IMG/VR virus record: IMGVR_UViG_3300032156_000001
Coordinates: 1 to 64,000 of that record
Origin: a virus
Strand: one strand, 5' to 3'
DNA length: 64,000 nt
Position 1 is the first letter of the stretch. Each line of letters begins with the position of its first letter. The notes beneath the pieces were generated by a model. It worked only from the letters and a program-made list of their open reading frames with translations. It had not been told where the DNA came from and did no database searches. A program made the position numbers and the translations under genes. Of the stretch, positions 1 to 8,976 are shown one piece after another.

Positions 1-2
1 AA

Positions 3-476
3 AGCAGGGACTACTCGCTGCCGGAGGACAAGGCGCCGCTGACCGCGTTGGCCCTCGACTTCTGCCACTGGTATGCCTACTACCTGAAGCTGCCCCCGGC
101 CAAGCTGCTGGAGGAGCTGAAGGGCGCCGTGCGGGTGTCGCCGCCGGCCGGCGACTGCATGGTCAGGCTCGTCAATGTCCTGATCCGGGTGGGGAAGATG
201 CGCATCAGGCACGAACCCATCCTGACCAGGATGAAGAACGGCGACACCCCGACGGGCCGGCTGACGTCGCTGTTCGTGGACGACGCCGAGGGGCTGGTGT
301 ACGTCCCCATCCCGGGGCTGGCCTATGCCATGCACGTCTGCGGCCACCCGTTCGTGTCCCCCTTCCGGGTCACCGAGGACCTGGCCGACAGGGGCCTCCT
401 GAGGCATTCCGACCTGTGCCCGGAGGGCTGGATGGTCGAGAAGACCTACTGGGACAGGGCCTGTTCGGGCGCCTAA
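3..476 (+). CDS. hypothetical protein, 5'-truncated by window edge
   Basis: Frame is open from position 3 to TAA at 476; phage-like codon usage. Confidence 0.7.
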   Translation, partial: SRDYSLPEDKAPLTALALDFCHWYAYYLKLPPAKLLEELKGAVRVSPPAGDCMVRLVNVLIRVGKMRIRHEPILTRMKNGDTPTGRLTSLFVDDAEGLVYVPIPGLAYAMHVCGHPFVSPFRVTEDLADRGLLRHSDLCPEGWMVEKTYWDRACSGA

Positions 477-508
477 AATACCCGCGTTTTTGCGTTATTA
501 TACTGTGG
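473..508 (+). promoter_or_regulatory. 36-bp promoter-like motif, copy 1 (CTAAAATACCCGCGTTTTTGCGTTATTATACTGTGG)
   Basis: 32/36 identical to 35457-35492; contains TATACT; AT-rich; sits at the start of an intergenic leader. Confidence 0.7.
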
Positions 509-714
509 GATGATCCTAGCAGTTCCATTGAGACTCGTTCTTCCAGGCGAGCGGTCTTCTGTGAGAGGGAGGGGCCGATGCTGTAGACGCGGCACAACCG
601 AATAAGGGACGGGTCGAGCGCTTGCCGCTCCCCGTCCCTGGCGCACACCCACGGACCGCGGCCCGGCGATCCGATGCCCTTTTTTATAGCTGTCGGAAGG
701 AGGAAGATGTGAGC

Positions 715-1110
715 ATGCACGACCCGCTCGACGTGAAAGTCGATTGCAAGTGCGACGATTGCGGCATGCGGGTGCCGCCGGACGACCTGAAGCCCATACA
801 CGACCTGTTCGACAGGCTCAGTGCCGGCGGGGTCGTTCCCGCCGGGGAATGCCCGAACTGCGGCGCCCTTTGTTACCCGATGAGCGAGGCGGAACTGTCC
901 GCGGACCGCTTCCTTCAGATCGCGCGCAACAAGACGGGTGCCAAGAAGGACGACGACCTTTGCATGACCTTCGACGAGCTGGTGCACGATTTGGCGTCGA
1001 AGCAGGCTTCAAACGTCAACAACGGCGGCGCGCGCGCCCAGGCGCTGTTCATCATCGAACAGTGCGGGCTGAACGGCGCGCTGGGCCTCCTGCCGAAGCG
1101 GCGGAGGTAG
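715..1110 (+). CDS. small Zn-ribbon protein
   Basis: CxCxxC and CPNC motifs; AGGAGG upstream. Confidence 0.7.
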   Translation: MHDPLDVKVDCKCDDCGMRVPPDDLKPIHDLFDRLSAGGVVPAGECPNCGALCYPMSEAELSADRFLQIARNKTGAKKDDDLCMTFDELVHDLASKQASNVNNGGARAQALFIIEQCGLNGALGLLPKRRR

Positions 1111-1125
1111 AGAAGGAGGAAAGCA

Positions 1126-1959
1126 GTGGAGCAGAAAGCTCTCGAGCAGAGGGACACGACGGTGACCGTCGAGCGGTTCAACCCGTCGGAGCGGGAGGCC
1201 ATCGTCGGCCTCCTGAACGCGCTCGGCATCAGGAACTGGAGCGGTTCGGCCGAGACGATATCCGGCAGGGGGAACATGGTCCTGCTGAACAACACGCCCG
1301 ACGGTTTCAACCCGTACGAGCTGATCGCCACCATCTGGCGGATCAACCGCGGCTGGTGCGCGGCCAGGTTCGTGATACACAAGCCGGACGGAACCCCGGA
1401 GTCGTTCTTCCTGACCCACGGCGAGTTCGACAAGCTGGTCATCGGCAGGCAGCCCGACACCCGCCTGCCGGTCACGACCCGCCTGGGCACGCCGGACATC
1501 CCTTGCGGCCGGGCGGTTCCCGTCAGGGCCCCGGCAGGCTCGACGCCCGTTTCGGCGGAAGCGCCCTGCCCGGCGGCGGCTCCCGCCCCGCAACCGGTGG
1601 CGGCCTCGAACGGCTCGGTTGACAAGGTGCCGGAGTTCGACGCCGCGGTGAAGGTGACCAGAACGTGGGAGTTCACGGCGCGCGTGCGGGCCTCCGGCGT
1701 GACGGAGGCGATCAAGAAGATCGCCGACATGGTAGACAATGGCGACATCAACGTACTGGACGACACGAATATCGCCGAGGGCGACTTCAAGACCGAAGTG
1801 GTCAGCCTCGCGCCGGCTACGAGCGGCGCGGAGTTGGAGAGCGATCGGCTCGACCTCAGGTCGCTCGACGACGACTGGGACGAATCCACCTACGAAGACG
1901 AAGACGAAGACGCAGAGGATCGCGGTTCGGACGCGGTCCGGGAGATAGTCGGAACCTGA
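1126..1959 (+). CDS. hypothetical protein with acidic C-terminus
   Basis: 277-aa ORF, SD AGGAGG. Confidence 0.75.
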   Translation: MEQKALEQRDTTVTVERFNPSEREAIVGLLNALGIRNWSGSAETISGRGNMVLLNNTPDGFNPYELIATIWRINRGWCAARFVIHKPDGTPESFFLTHGEFDKLVIGRQPDTRLPVTTRLGTPDIPCGRAVPVRAPAGSTPVSAEAPCPAAAPAPQPVAASNGSVDKVPEFDAAVKVTRTWEFTARVRASGVTEAIKKIADMVDNGDINVLDDTNIAEGDFKTEVVSLAPATSGAELESDRLDLRSLDDDWDESTYEDEDEDAEDRGSDAVREIVGT

Positions 1960-1966
1960 CCGAACG

Positions 1967-1999
1967 CCGGGGCGCGGCGCGTTGCCGCGCCCCGGTTTT
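1967..1999 (+). terminator. intrinsic terminator
   Basis: 12-bp stem CCGGGGCGCGGC/GCCGCGCCCCGG followed by TTTT. Confidence 0.75.
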
Positions 2000-2013
2000 A
2001 GAGGGAGCGAGAA

Positions 2014-2244
2014 ATGCCGAAGACCGAGGCGAAAAGGAAAATCGACAAAATGCGCGCCGCGCTGCGGGATTTCACCGGCGCGATCGAGGCGACGGGCGGG
2101 GTCACGGCCAGCCCCGAGGACGAGGGCTATACGGTCCCCGTCGCGGACGAGGACTGGATCGACCTGGGCGAGGCGTACTTGAAGGCGTGCGAGGCCCTCG
2201 GCAAGAAGCCCAAGACCGCCGCCCGAGGCGGGAGTTGGAGCTGA
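2014..2244 (+). CDS. hypothetical protein
   Basis: 76-aa ORF with SD. Confidence 0.65.
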   Translation: MPKTEAKRKIDKMRAALRDFTGAIEATGGVTASPEDEGYTVPVADEDWIDLGEAYLKACEALGKKPKTAARGGSWS

Positions 2245-2261
2245 GACGGAGGAGGCGTGAC

Positions 2262-2495
2262 ATGCCGAAAGCCAGGATAAGCAGGGATTGCCGCGCGAAC
2301 TGGCTGAACGACGCGATCCAGTTCCCGCGGCTCATCTCGGAGCTCCAGGCGGCCGGGGCGTTCACTGAAGAGGTGATGGCCGCGCTGCGGGCCAGCATGG
2401 ACCTGTCGGACGGCGAGATCATGGAGATCGTCGCCAGGGCTGACAAGAAGTTTGAGGACGCTAAAGCGAAAGTCATCGACGCTCTTCTGCCCTGA
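2262..2495 (+). CDS. hypothetical phage protein
   Basis: SD GGAGG, ATG at 2262; NDAIQFPRLISEL segment. Confidence 0.65.
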   Translation: MPKARISRDCRANWLNDAIQFPRLISELQAAGAFTEEVMAALRASMDLSDGEIMEIVARADKKFEDAKAKVIDALLP

Positions 2496-2501
2496 AGCGG
2501 C

Positions 2502-4340
2502 TCATTCGGCGATCGGATGCGGCGGCCGCGAAAGGACGACCTCGGAGGCCGTGAGCTTGAAGCCGCCGACGGCCGACAGGTCCGGGTAGCGCTGCTCGGC
2601 GTGCCAGAGCGCCTGGCAGGCGTAGTTGAGCGCGTGCGCGAAGTCGTCGCGCATCTTGGGCTGCCGGCGGATCAGGTAGACGTCCGTGCCGGCGGGCAGC
2701 TCGTGCTTGTCCTCTATGAGTGCCAGCAGGTCGTGCGTCACGTCCTTGGACGACTCGTATTCCGGCAGGAGTATCTGCTTGGTCTTCAGGCTGATGGACA
2801 TGAGCGCCAGCGAGCGCGCCTTGTCCAGCGAGTGGTAGCCCCTCAGCCCGCCCACCGTGGCGGACGGCTTGTTGTACGTCACGAGGTCGCGCGTCGGCAT
2901 GTGCGTGTAGCAGAAGCCGATGGTCCGGTCGACGGGGAGGCCCGCCTGGATCATGATGGTCTCGCGCGCGGAGCCGCTGCCGCCGAAGTCGTGGGCGAAC
3001 CAGTGCGCCCCGATGGCGTTGAAGAACCGCAGCAGCTCCCTCGCCTCCTCCAGGTGGGACAGGCCGGCATGGAACCGGAACGCGAAGCGGCACTCGCACC
3101 GGCCCAGGACGGAGTTGTAGCCGACCATGGCGATGGCGGTGTAGCTGATCTCGTCGAGCCCGCCGCCGCCCCAGTCCACGCCTATCGCGCGCAGGGGGTA
3201 CTTGCGCAGCTCGTTCGCGGCATCGACCAGCTTGTTGACGTTCAGCTTCGACGCGTTCCGAATATCGGTCACCGTGATCAGCTTCACCGACGTGTCGGCA
3301 CTTTCGCCATGCACCTCATTGATGACCTTCTGCTCCGTGTAACCCGGACTTCTTCCCTCGATCTTGTCGAGCAGCTCACCCCATTTCCTTTCATCCTCGT
3401 AATGGAGCGGCATTATCGCCTGCGGTACGTGCCTGCCGTGGAAATCCGGATGCTCCTGGCCCAGAAAATGCTTCCAATGACCTGTTCTCGGATTCAGCGG
3501 CTTGCCGCATTTCCTGCATACTAGCGTCTTCCTGCCGATCATCTTCGCCAGGTCTTCCTTCAGCGTTGGCGTGTTCCAATAACCGCAATCGCAAAGGATC
3601 ACCCACTCGGCCTGCGAACTCTTCTCCCATAACGCTTCCATCCCGTTGTCGAGCGTCTTCGGCGTGCCGCTGTAGAGCGTCAACCCCAATTCGGAATGGC
3701 TCATGCACTCGTTGATCACCGGGAGGAAGTCGTAATCGATGTCCTGGATTTCATCCAGCCCTATCCTATCGGTCGAATAACCCCTTACCCTGTCGACGTC
3801 CAATAGCGCATAGCTGAAGAAGATTACCGAGTTGTTCTTGAACGACCGCTGCAGCACGCGGCGGTCGCATGACTTGTCCACGACGACGTCCCTGATGAGG
3901 GCCTGGTAGATCAGGGGCCGGACGTAGTTGTTGGACAGGCGTGTCACCTGGTCGCGCCTCGGGGTGACGATCAAGGTGCGCAGGAACGGGTGCACTATCG
4001 ACGAGATCACCGCGGCGGCGGACAGGCTGGTCGATTTCGAGACCTGCCGCCCGCACTTCCACAGCGATCTCTTCGGCATCATCCGTTTGAACATCGGCGC
4101 CATGGGAAAGTGGCGTTCCAGGGTATACGGCTTGCCCTGGAGCGTGAACAGGTTGAGGAACGGGAGGAAGGTCTCCGGGTCGGCGTCTATGGCCGCCCGG
4201 ATCCGTTCGATCAGCTTGTCGACGTCGATGGCGGTAGGAACCTGTTCCTGCGCCGGGAGCTCGTCCTGCTCGGCCTCGGCCGAGTCGGACAACCCGGAGG
4301 AACCAGACATGCCGTCGTTAATGCTGCTCGTCCGGTACAT
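2502..4340 (-). CDS. terL: terminase large subunit (GpA-like); start codon uncertain
   Basis: KCGRQVSKST Walker A, LDEIQD Walker B, YSGTPKT coupling motif, CDC/CRKC Zn motifs, IGVDWGG nuclease Asp, DDFAHALNY. Confidence 0.85.
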   Translation of the reverse strand: MYRTSSINDGMSGSSGLSDSAEAEQDELPAQEQVPTAIDVDKLIERIRAAIDADPETFLPFLNLFTLQGKPYTLERHFPMAPMFKRMMPKRSLWKCGRQVSKSTSLSAAAVISSIVHPFLRTLIVTPRRDQVTRLSNNYVRPLIYQALIRDVVVDKSCDRRVLQRSFKNNSVIFFSYALLDVDRVRGYSTDRIGLDEIQDIDYDFLPVINECMSHSELGLTLYSGTPKTLDNGMEALWEKSSQAEWVILCDCGYWNTPTLKEDLAKMIGRKTLVCRKCGKPLNPRTGHWKHFLGQEHPDFHGRHVPQAIMPLHYEDERKWGELLDKIEGRSPGYTEQKVINEVHGESADTSVKLITVTDIRNASKLNVNKLVDAANELRKYPLRAIGVDWGGGGLDEISYTAIAMVGYNSVLGRCECRFAFRFHAGLSHLEEARELLRFFNAIGAHWFAHDFGGSGSARETIMIQAGLPVDRTIGFCYTHMPTRDLVTYNKPSATVGGLRGYHSLDKARSLALMSISLKTKQILLPEYESSKDVTHDLLALIEDKHELPAGTDVYLIRRQPKMRDDFAHALNYACQALWHAEQRYPDLSAVGGFKLTASEVVLSRPPHPIAE

Positions 4341-4458
4341 GATCCACGCAGTAGTGGCCGCGCTGTCTGCCCTGTCGGCCGTCCTGCCCAGCCTCGCTGC
4401 GGCAGGTTCGATACTGGCGGGCCTGGCGTGCCGCCTGGTGCTCGTGGCAACTGTTTAG

Positions 4459-4487
4459 TTGCGCCAGTACCCTTCGTGGACCATAAT
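4459..4487 (+). promoter_or_regulatory. sigma70-like promoter
   Basis: TTGCGC-N17-CATAAT, divergent from terL. Confidence 0.5.
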
Positions 4488-4526
4488 GCTTGCGGCGGGG
4501 GCCGACGTCAAGCCCCCGCCGCAGGC

Positions 4527-4769
4527 ATGAATCCGGGCGGGAACGGCATGCGGCGGAGCTCGATGGAATTCCTTCAGCGGCAGCGGCTGGTGCCGGCAAG
4601 GCGCCATACGCCGCTCTACGGCAAGAACACCATTCACAGCCACACCCGGCCGGTATGGGCGCTGCCCGAGCTGCTGCCGGCCGACCATCCGCAAGGCAGG
4701 GTCCTGACGCAGAAGGAGCGCGACCGCGTTCCCTATGTCGGCGAGGAATGCTGCCGGGCGCGCAAGTAG
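4527..4769 (+). CDS. hypothetical protein
   Basis: Short ORF downstream of the predicted promoter; weak support. Confidence 0.4.
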   Translation: MNPGGNGMRRSSMEFLQRQRLVPARRHTPLYGKNTIHSHTRPVWALPELLPADHPQGRVLTQKERDRVPYVGEECCRARK

Positions 4770-4781
4770 TCCCCGATCGAC

Positions 4782-4799
4782 TTTCCAAGGCGTTGGAAA
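4782..4799. promoter_or_regulatory. palindrome TTTCCAA-GGCG-TTGGAAA, copy 1
   Basis: Perfect 7-bp inverted repeat between a stop codon and the next SD; recurs at 9428, 24731, 38240, 51283. Confidence 0.7.
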
Positions 4800-4813
4800 C
4801 GCAAGGAGGGCCC

Positions 4814-5146
4814 GTGTCTGACGAGGTCAGGAAGACGGAACTGTTGCAGAAGCTGGTGAGGCACGCCGACGCGCTTGACAGCCTGCGGGCGGCCGCCAAT
4901 AACGATATTCATGAAGCGCGGGCGCTGCTTGCCAATCGCAGGGACGACGAGGATGCCGGCGCGGTGCGGTTCGCCGAGGTGGCATGGACGGTGGCGGACG
5001 TGCTGCAGGTGCGGCCGAACCTGTCGTACGAACAGGCAGAGCAGTGGCTGAACAAGAACGAGAAGTACATCCGCGACAGGGTGACGGAGCTTGGCTGGGA
5101 CGTCATCAAGGACCTTCTGGCGTTCGGCGGTATCAAGAAGGGGTAA
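4814..5146 (+). CDS. hypothetical protein
   Basis: GTG start after AAGGAGG. Confidence 0.65.
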   Translation: MSDEVRKTELLQKLVRHADALDSLRAAANNDIHEARALLANRRDDEDAGAVRFAEVAWTVADVLQVRPNLSYEQAEQWLNKNEKYIRDRVTELGWDVIKDLLAFGGIKKG

Positions 5147-5150
5147 GCGC

Positions 5151-5378
5151 ATGAGATTCGTGGTCATCAGCTTCAACGCCGACGAGCCCGAATGGGCCGC
5201 CGACTTCGTCGAGGAGGAGGACGAGGAGCGGGCCATGTCGTTCGTCGAGAAGCGGCGCGCCAGCTATACGGCCGTGTGCGCCCTGTCGCCGGAGTGGCTG
5301 CGCGAGAAGCGCGTCGAACTGGAAGTCATGAGCGATCAGGAGGTCAGGGAAGCGATGGAGGACATCCCCTCGGCGTAG
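5151..5378 (+). CDS. hypothetical protein
   Basis: ATG at 5151; acidic small ORF. Confidence 0.6.
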   Translation: MRFVVISFNADEPEWAADFVEEEDEERAMSFVEKRRASYTAVCALSPEWLREKRVELEVMSDQEVREAMEDIPSA

Positions 5379-5418
5379 GGGAGAGGCATGAAGGATAGGG
5401 CACGAACAAGGAGGAAAG

Positions 5419-5841
5419 ATGACAACAACCGAGCTGCTGCTCGCGGCGCCGATGGCCGTGCTGGCCAATTGGCAGGTCCTCGAGATCTGGCGGCACGGCT
5501 CGCTGTTCACCGGGATCCGCGCACGGCTGGAGGCCCGCGGCGGCATCGTCGCTGAGCTTCTCCTGTGCACGTTCTGCCTGTCCAACTGGACCGCGGCGAC
5601 CCTCGCGGCGCTCATCCTGTGCCGGCGTTTCGGCGCAAGCTGGGACGCGCTGATGTGGTGGCCCGTGCTGACGCTCGCGATAGCGCGGGCATCCAACGTG
5701 CTGAACGACCTCACGCATTCAGCATGCAGGACGCCGAGGCTGGAGGACGACATACGGCGCATGGACAAGGTCGGCGATGGGGGCGATCTCAGGTTAGTTT
5801 CCGGGCGAGGAGGGGCGCATGCCGAACGAGAAGAAACCTGA
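5419..5841 (+). CDS. DUF1360-like membrane protein
   Basis: Hydrophobic helices and ELLLCTFCLSNW (CxxC-S-W) motif. Confidence 0.55.
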   Translation: MTTTELLLAAPMAVLANWQVLEIWRHGSLFTGIRARLEARGGIVAELLLCTFCLSNWTAATLAALILCRRFGASWDALMWWPVLTLAIARASNVLNDLTHSACRTPRLEDDIRRMDKVGDGGDLRLVSGRGGAHAEREET

Positions 5842-6220
5842 CGAGGCCCCGCCGCGCAAGCCGCGGTTCGACGAGGAGATCCTTGCGGGCGCGCAGGCGC
5901 TGGCCGAGGCGCTGCTGCGCCGGCGGCCGGAGGTGAGGTCGGTGATGGTCGTGGTGGATTGGGACCTGAAGGGAGCCGACCTGCCGAACGCGACGCTGTG
6001 CAGCAAGCTGGCGGTCGACGCCGGCGTCTGCGGCAGCATGCTCGAGGCGATGGCCGTGGCGACCCATCAACTCATTCTGGAGACGGCGAGACAATCCGGG
6101 AGGAAGGATGCTCTGGACGGAGCTGGAACTCAGCGCGTGGACGCCGGAAGGCGAACCGCCAGCGAAGATAAAGCTGGGGGCCCCCCTGGCGCGCGGGATG
6201 GAAACGTGGACGTTCGTTGA
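5819..6220 (+). CDS. hypothetical protein
   Basis: SD GAGGAGG, 133 aa. Confidence 0.6.
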   Translation: MPNEKKPDEAPPRKPRFDEEILAGAQALAEALLRRRPEVRSVMVVVDWDLKGADLPNATLCSKLAVDAGVCGSMLEAMAVATHQLILETARQSGRKDALDGAGTQRVDAGRRTASEDKAGGPPGARDGNVDVR

Positions 6221-7595
6221 AGAGAACGCCGTGATGGCGGAAATGGGCAGGAGCATTCGCGCCAAGGCCGTCGGGGGTGTGCTGCGCGACAAGTTCTACG
6301 TCCTGCTGGACGCGTGCGGCGGCGACGCGGAAGCCTTCGGCAGCGCGCTGCGCAACTGCATAGCCATCGGCTTTCAGAGCTCCACCGGGCAGCAGGGCCA
6401 CTATCTGCCGCTGCGGTACGCCTTCGTGATGGCCAAGATGTACGACAGGACCCATAATCCGCTTCCCGGCCTGGCGGGCCGGTGGTTCCTCGTCATCAAC
6501 GGGGAGGTCCATCGGCCGGTCGTGGAACCGTGCGCCGTCTGCGCCAAGTTCGAGGACAGCCGGATCGGCACGTGCCGTCCGATGACTCCCACGTGCTCGC
6601 AGAACGTGTTCCGTCCGGGCGAGCCGATAACGGGATGGTTCGACGCGCACGAGCCGGACCGGGCGAACCTGATGGAGACGTTCAGGCCGTCGTTCCGGCC
6701 GGCAAACCGGCTGTTCGCCAGGGGGGAGCCGGGCAAGCTGCTGACGGCGCACAGCCTCAGTACGGACAAGGAAGAATGCGACGAAGCCCGCAAGGTGCGG
6801 TCGGCACGGGCGCGCGTCGGCGCCGTGACGGCGACGTTCAAGCGCAAGGAATGCGCCCGCTGCGTCTTCTACCGCGCCGCCGACAGCGAGCACGCCGCGG
6901 TCCTTCTGTGCAGGGGGCGAAGCTGGTCAGGGGGCGCCTGCGGCGGCCCGTTCGTCGCAGCGGATCTGCGCGCCACGGCAAGGCACGTCCTTCGCCCGTG
7001 GATGTTGCACGCCTACGCCTGCGCCGGCGAGCTGCCGGACTCCGAGCCGTGGCGGAAACTCTGCAGGGACGACGTCCGGCACCGGACTTGGGACGTCTAC
7101 GTCGTCGGTCCGGTCTACGGCGAGCCTCCCCAGGTGGCGATAGGCGCCAAGTACCTGACGGGCAGCTGGACCAAGCAGTATCTGATGCCCTACAAAGAAT
7201 TCTGCAAGTCGTTGGGCGTGGCGCCCAACTCCAAGCGGTTCAAGGCCGACGCGCTGTCGACGGTCGAGCAGATGTTGATCGTCGCCACGATGACCCATCC
7301 CTGCCTGAAGACCCGCATTTCGTCGTACAGTGGCAGGCGGTGGGCCAGGCACTTCGGCACGGTCCGCGACGCGAACAAGCCCGTCAAGCTGCTGTTCGCC
7401 ACGCCGACGGGTAGAGTGCGCACTGAGGAGATCGCCGACGTCACGGACCTGTTCCGACTGGGTTTCCTGGAGCCTTGCGACATCTTCATGACGGCGCGGC
7501 GGAGGGCCGTGTCGGCGCGCATAGCGAAGAAGTATCAGGCGTTGTACGCAGCGGCGGAAAACGAGCCGCACGAGATCAACCAGGAGGACGCATGA
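6108..7595 (+). CDS. Cys-rich hypothetical protein
   Basis: 495-aa ORF with several CxxC motifs; start uncertain. Confidence 0.65.
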   Translation: MLWTELELSAWTPEGEPPAKIKLGAPLARGMETWTFVEENAVMAEMGRSIRAKAVGGVLRDKFYVLLDACGGDAEAFGSALRNCIAIGFQSSTGQQGHYLPLRYAFVMAKMYDRTHNPLPGLAGRWFLVINGEVHRPVVEPCAVCAKFEDSRIGTCRPMTPTCSQNVFRPGEPITGWFDAHEPDRANLMETFRPSFRPANRLFARGEPGKLLTAHSLSTDKEECDEARKVRSARARVGAVTATFKRKECARCVFYRAADSEHAAVLLCRGRSWSGGACGGPFVAADLRATARHVLRPWMLHAYACAGELPDSEPWRKLCRDDVRHRTWDVYVVGPVYGEPPQVAIGAKYLTGSWTKQYLMPYKEFCKSLGVAPNSKRFKADALSTVEQMLIVATMTHPCLKTRISSYSGRRWARHFGTVRDANKPVKLLFATPTGRVRTEEIADVTDLFRLGFLEPCDIFMTARRRAVSARIAKKYQALYAAAENEPHEINQEDA

Positions 7596-8002
7596 AAGCG
7601 GTTGACAAATTCGGTTATTCGGGACCGGCGGCCAAGCGGGCCGCCAACGCGGCGGAGGAGCTCGCCAAGCACCCCGCCGCGGACTTGACACGGACGCAGA
7701 AAGCCATCTGGTCGATCTTCCTGAAGTCGCTCGCCAAGGCGCTGCGGAAGAACCACGACTACGGCGACAGCTTCTATCAGTCGCCGCCGCTCGCACCGGA
7801 GATAAGCTCACAGGAGGCCATCTTGGTGCGCATGGGCGACAAGATCAAGCGGATACAGACGCTGGGACAGCTTCGGGCGCTGGTGGCCGACGAAAGCCTG
7901 AACGACACGATCGAGGACCTGGGCGTCTACTGCTTCCTGTACCTGATCGTCGGCGAGTTGCTGGCCGAGAACTGCCCGAAGCCGCCCAAGCCGGGTAAGT
8001 GA
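7592..8002 (+). CDS. nucleotide modification-associated domain 1 (DUF1599/Nmad1-like) protein
   Basis: KNHDYGDSF...RMGDKIKRI...SLNDTIEDLGVY signature. Confidence 0.7.
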   Translation: MKAVDKFGYSGPAAKRAANAAEELAKHPAADLTRTQKAIWSIFLKSLAKALRKNHDYGDSFYQSPPLAPEISSQEAILVRMGDKIKRIQTLGQLRALVADESLNDTIEDLGVYCFLYLIVGELLAENCPKPPKPGK

Positions 8003-8976
8003 GTGGCAAAATGCGACAGCCGATCCAGTGGCGGCTGGTCAGGCCGCACGCGGAGCCCTATTTCGACCGCTTGCTGGCCGCTTTGAGGGAAAGCCGGGCC
8101 ATGAGGCTCGACCTGCCCTCTGGAAGGCACGCCCGGAGGCCGCGGAGGGCCCTGCAACGATGTTTTCGGGCCTGGGTGGCGTCCAAGTACCCCCCGGGCA
8201 TTTCAGGGGCTTGGCGGGCCTCCAATTGCGTGCCGGCGGCCGGGGAATGGGCGCTTGACGCCATACAGCCCGGCAGGGCCGGCAGGCCTTGCGAACTGAT
8301 CTATTGCCCATGGTGCTGGATACGCCAAAGCCGAAGGCTGGAACGCATGATGATAGAGAACCCTACGGCTGTACATGCGCTGTACTGGGATAGGCCCAGT
8401 CGGCGGGTGCGCGGGGCCGGGCTAGGAGAGCTGGTGGACGTAACGGCCATAGAGACCGAGGACAACCTCTTGGGGGTTCCCCTGGCGCTGGCGCGGGCGA
8501 CGTTCGACGATTTCATGCGGCGCTGCCGCGACGCCGTCCGGCACGGACTGAGAGTCAAGCAGGGCGTGGCCGTTGCCACCGGCTGCCGCGACTTTCAGCG
8601 AGCCGTGAGGTTCACCAGTCTAGTTACCCGGTCGACCGGTGACGTCAGGCTCAGGACGAGCTACGTCTATCCTGCCGGCAGCCCGGCGAACAGCGAGCCG
8701 CCGATAAGCCTGGTCGGCGAGACCGCCTCTGGGACGCTGATGATGACCCGGCGCAAGGAGCTTAATCTGCCTGAGGCGATCATGATGGCCCTGCCGTTTC
8801 CCGGGCACGTGTTCGATATGGACCCGGCGGTTGTCGATTGCCTAGTCCGGCTGTCTAAGGGCAAGAGGAGCTACGGACTGATCGGTTTTGGAAAATTAGG
8901 TAATTATGAGTCCGTGCACGTAGGGCAAAACGATGATATAGATCGTCATAACCCCAAACGCCCTCTCTCTCTTTAG
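7999..8976 (+). CDS. hypothetical protein ending inside the cruciform element
   Basis: 325-aa ORF with CxxxxCPWC motif. Confidence 0.55.
   Translation: MSGKMRQPIQWRLVRPHAEPYFDRLLAALRESRAMRLDLPSGRHARRPRRALQRCFRAWVASKYPPGISGAWRASNCVPAAGEWALDAIQPGRAGRPCELIYCPWCWIRQSRRLERMMIENPTAVHALYWDRPSRRVRGAGLGELVDVTAIETEDNLLGVPLALARATFDDFMRRCRDAVRHGLRVKQGVAVATGCRDFQRAVRFTSLVTRSTGDVRLRTSYVYPAGSPANSEPPISLVGETASGTLMMTRRKELNLPEAIMMALPFPGHVFDMDPAVVDCLVRLSKGKRSYGLIGFGKLGNYESVHVGQNDDIDRHNPKRPLSL

Noticed and set aside
4402-4420. T-arm-like GCAGGTTCGATACTGGC upstream of terL
   Set aside because: The 5-bp T-stem does not form and there is no acceptor stem.
7999-8976. Rolling-circle Rep/HUH assignment based on the CPWC motif
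   Set aside because: No clear HUH or catalytic Tyr motif seen; left as hypothetical.
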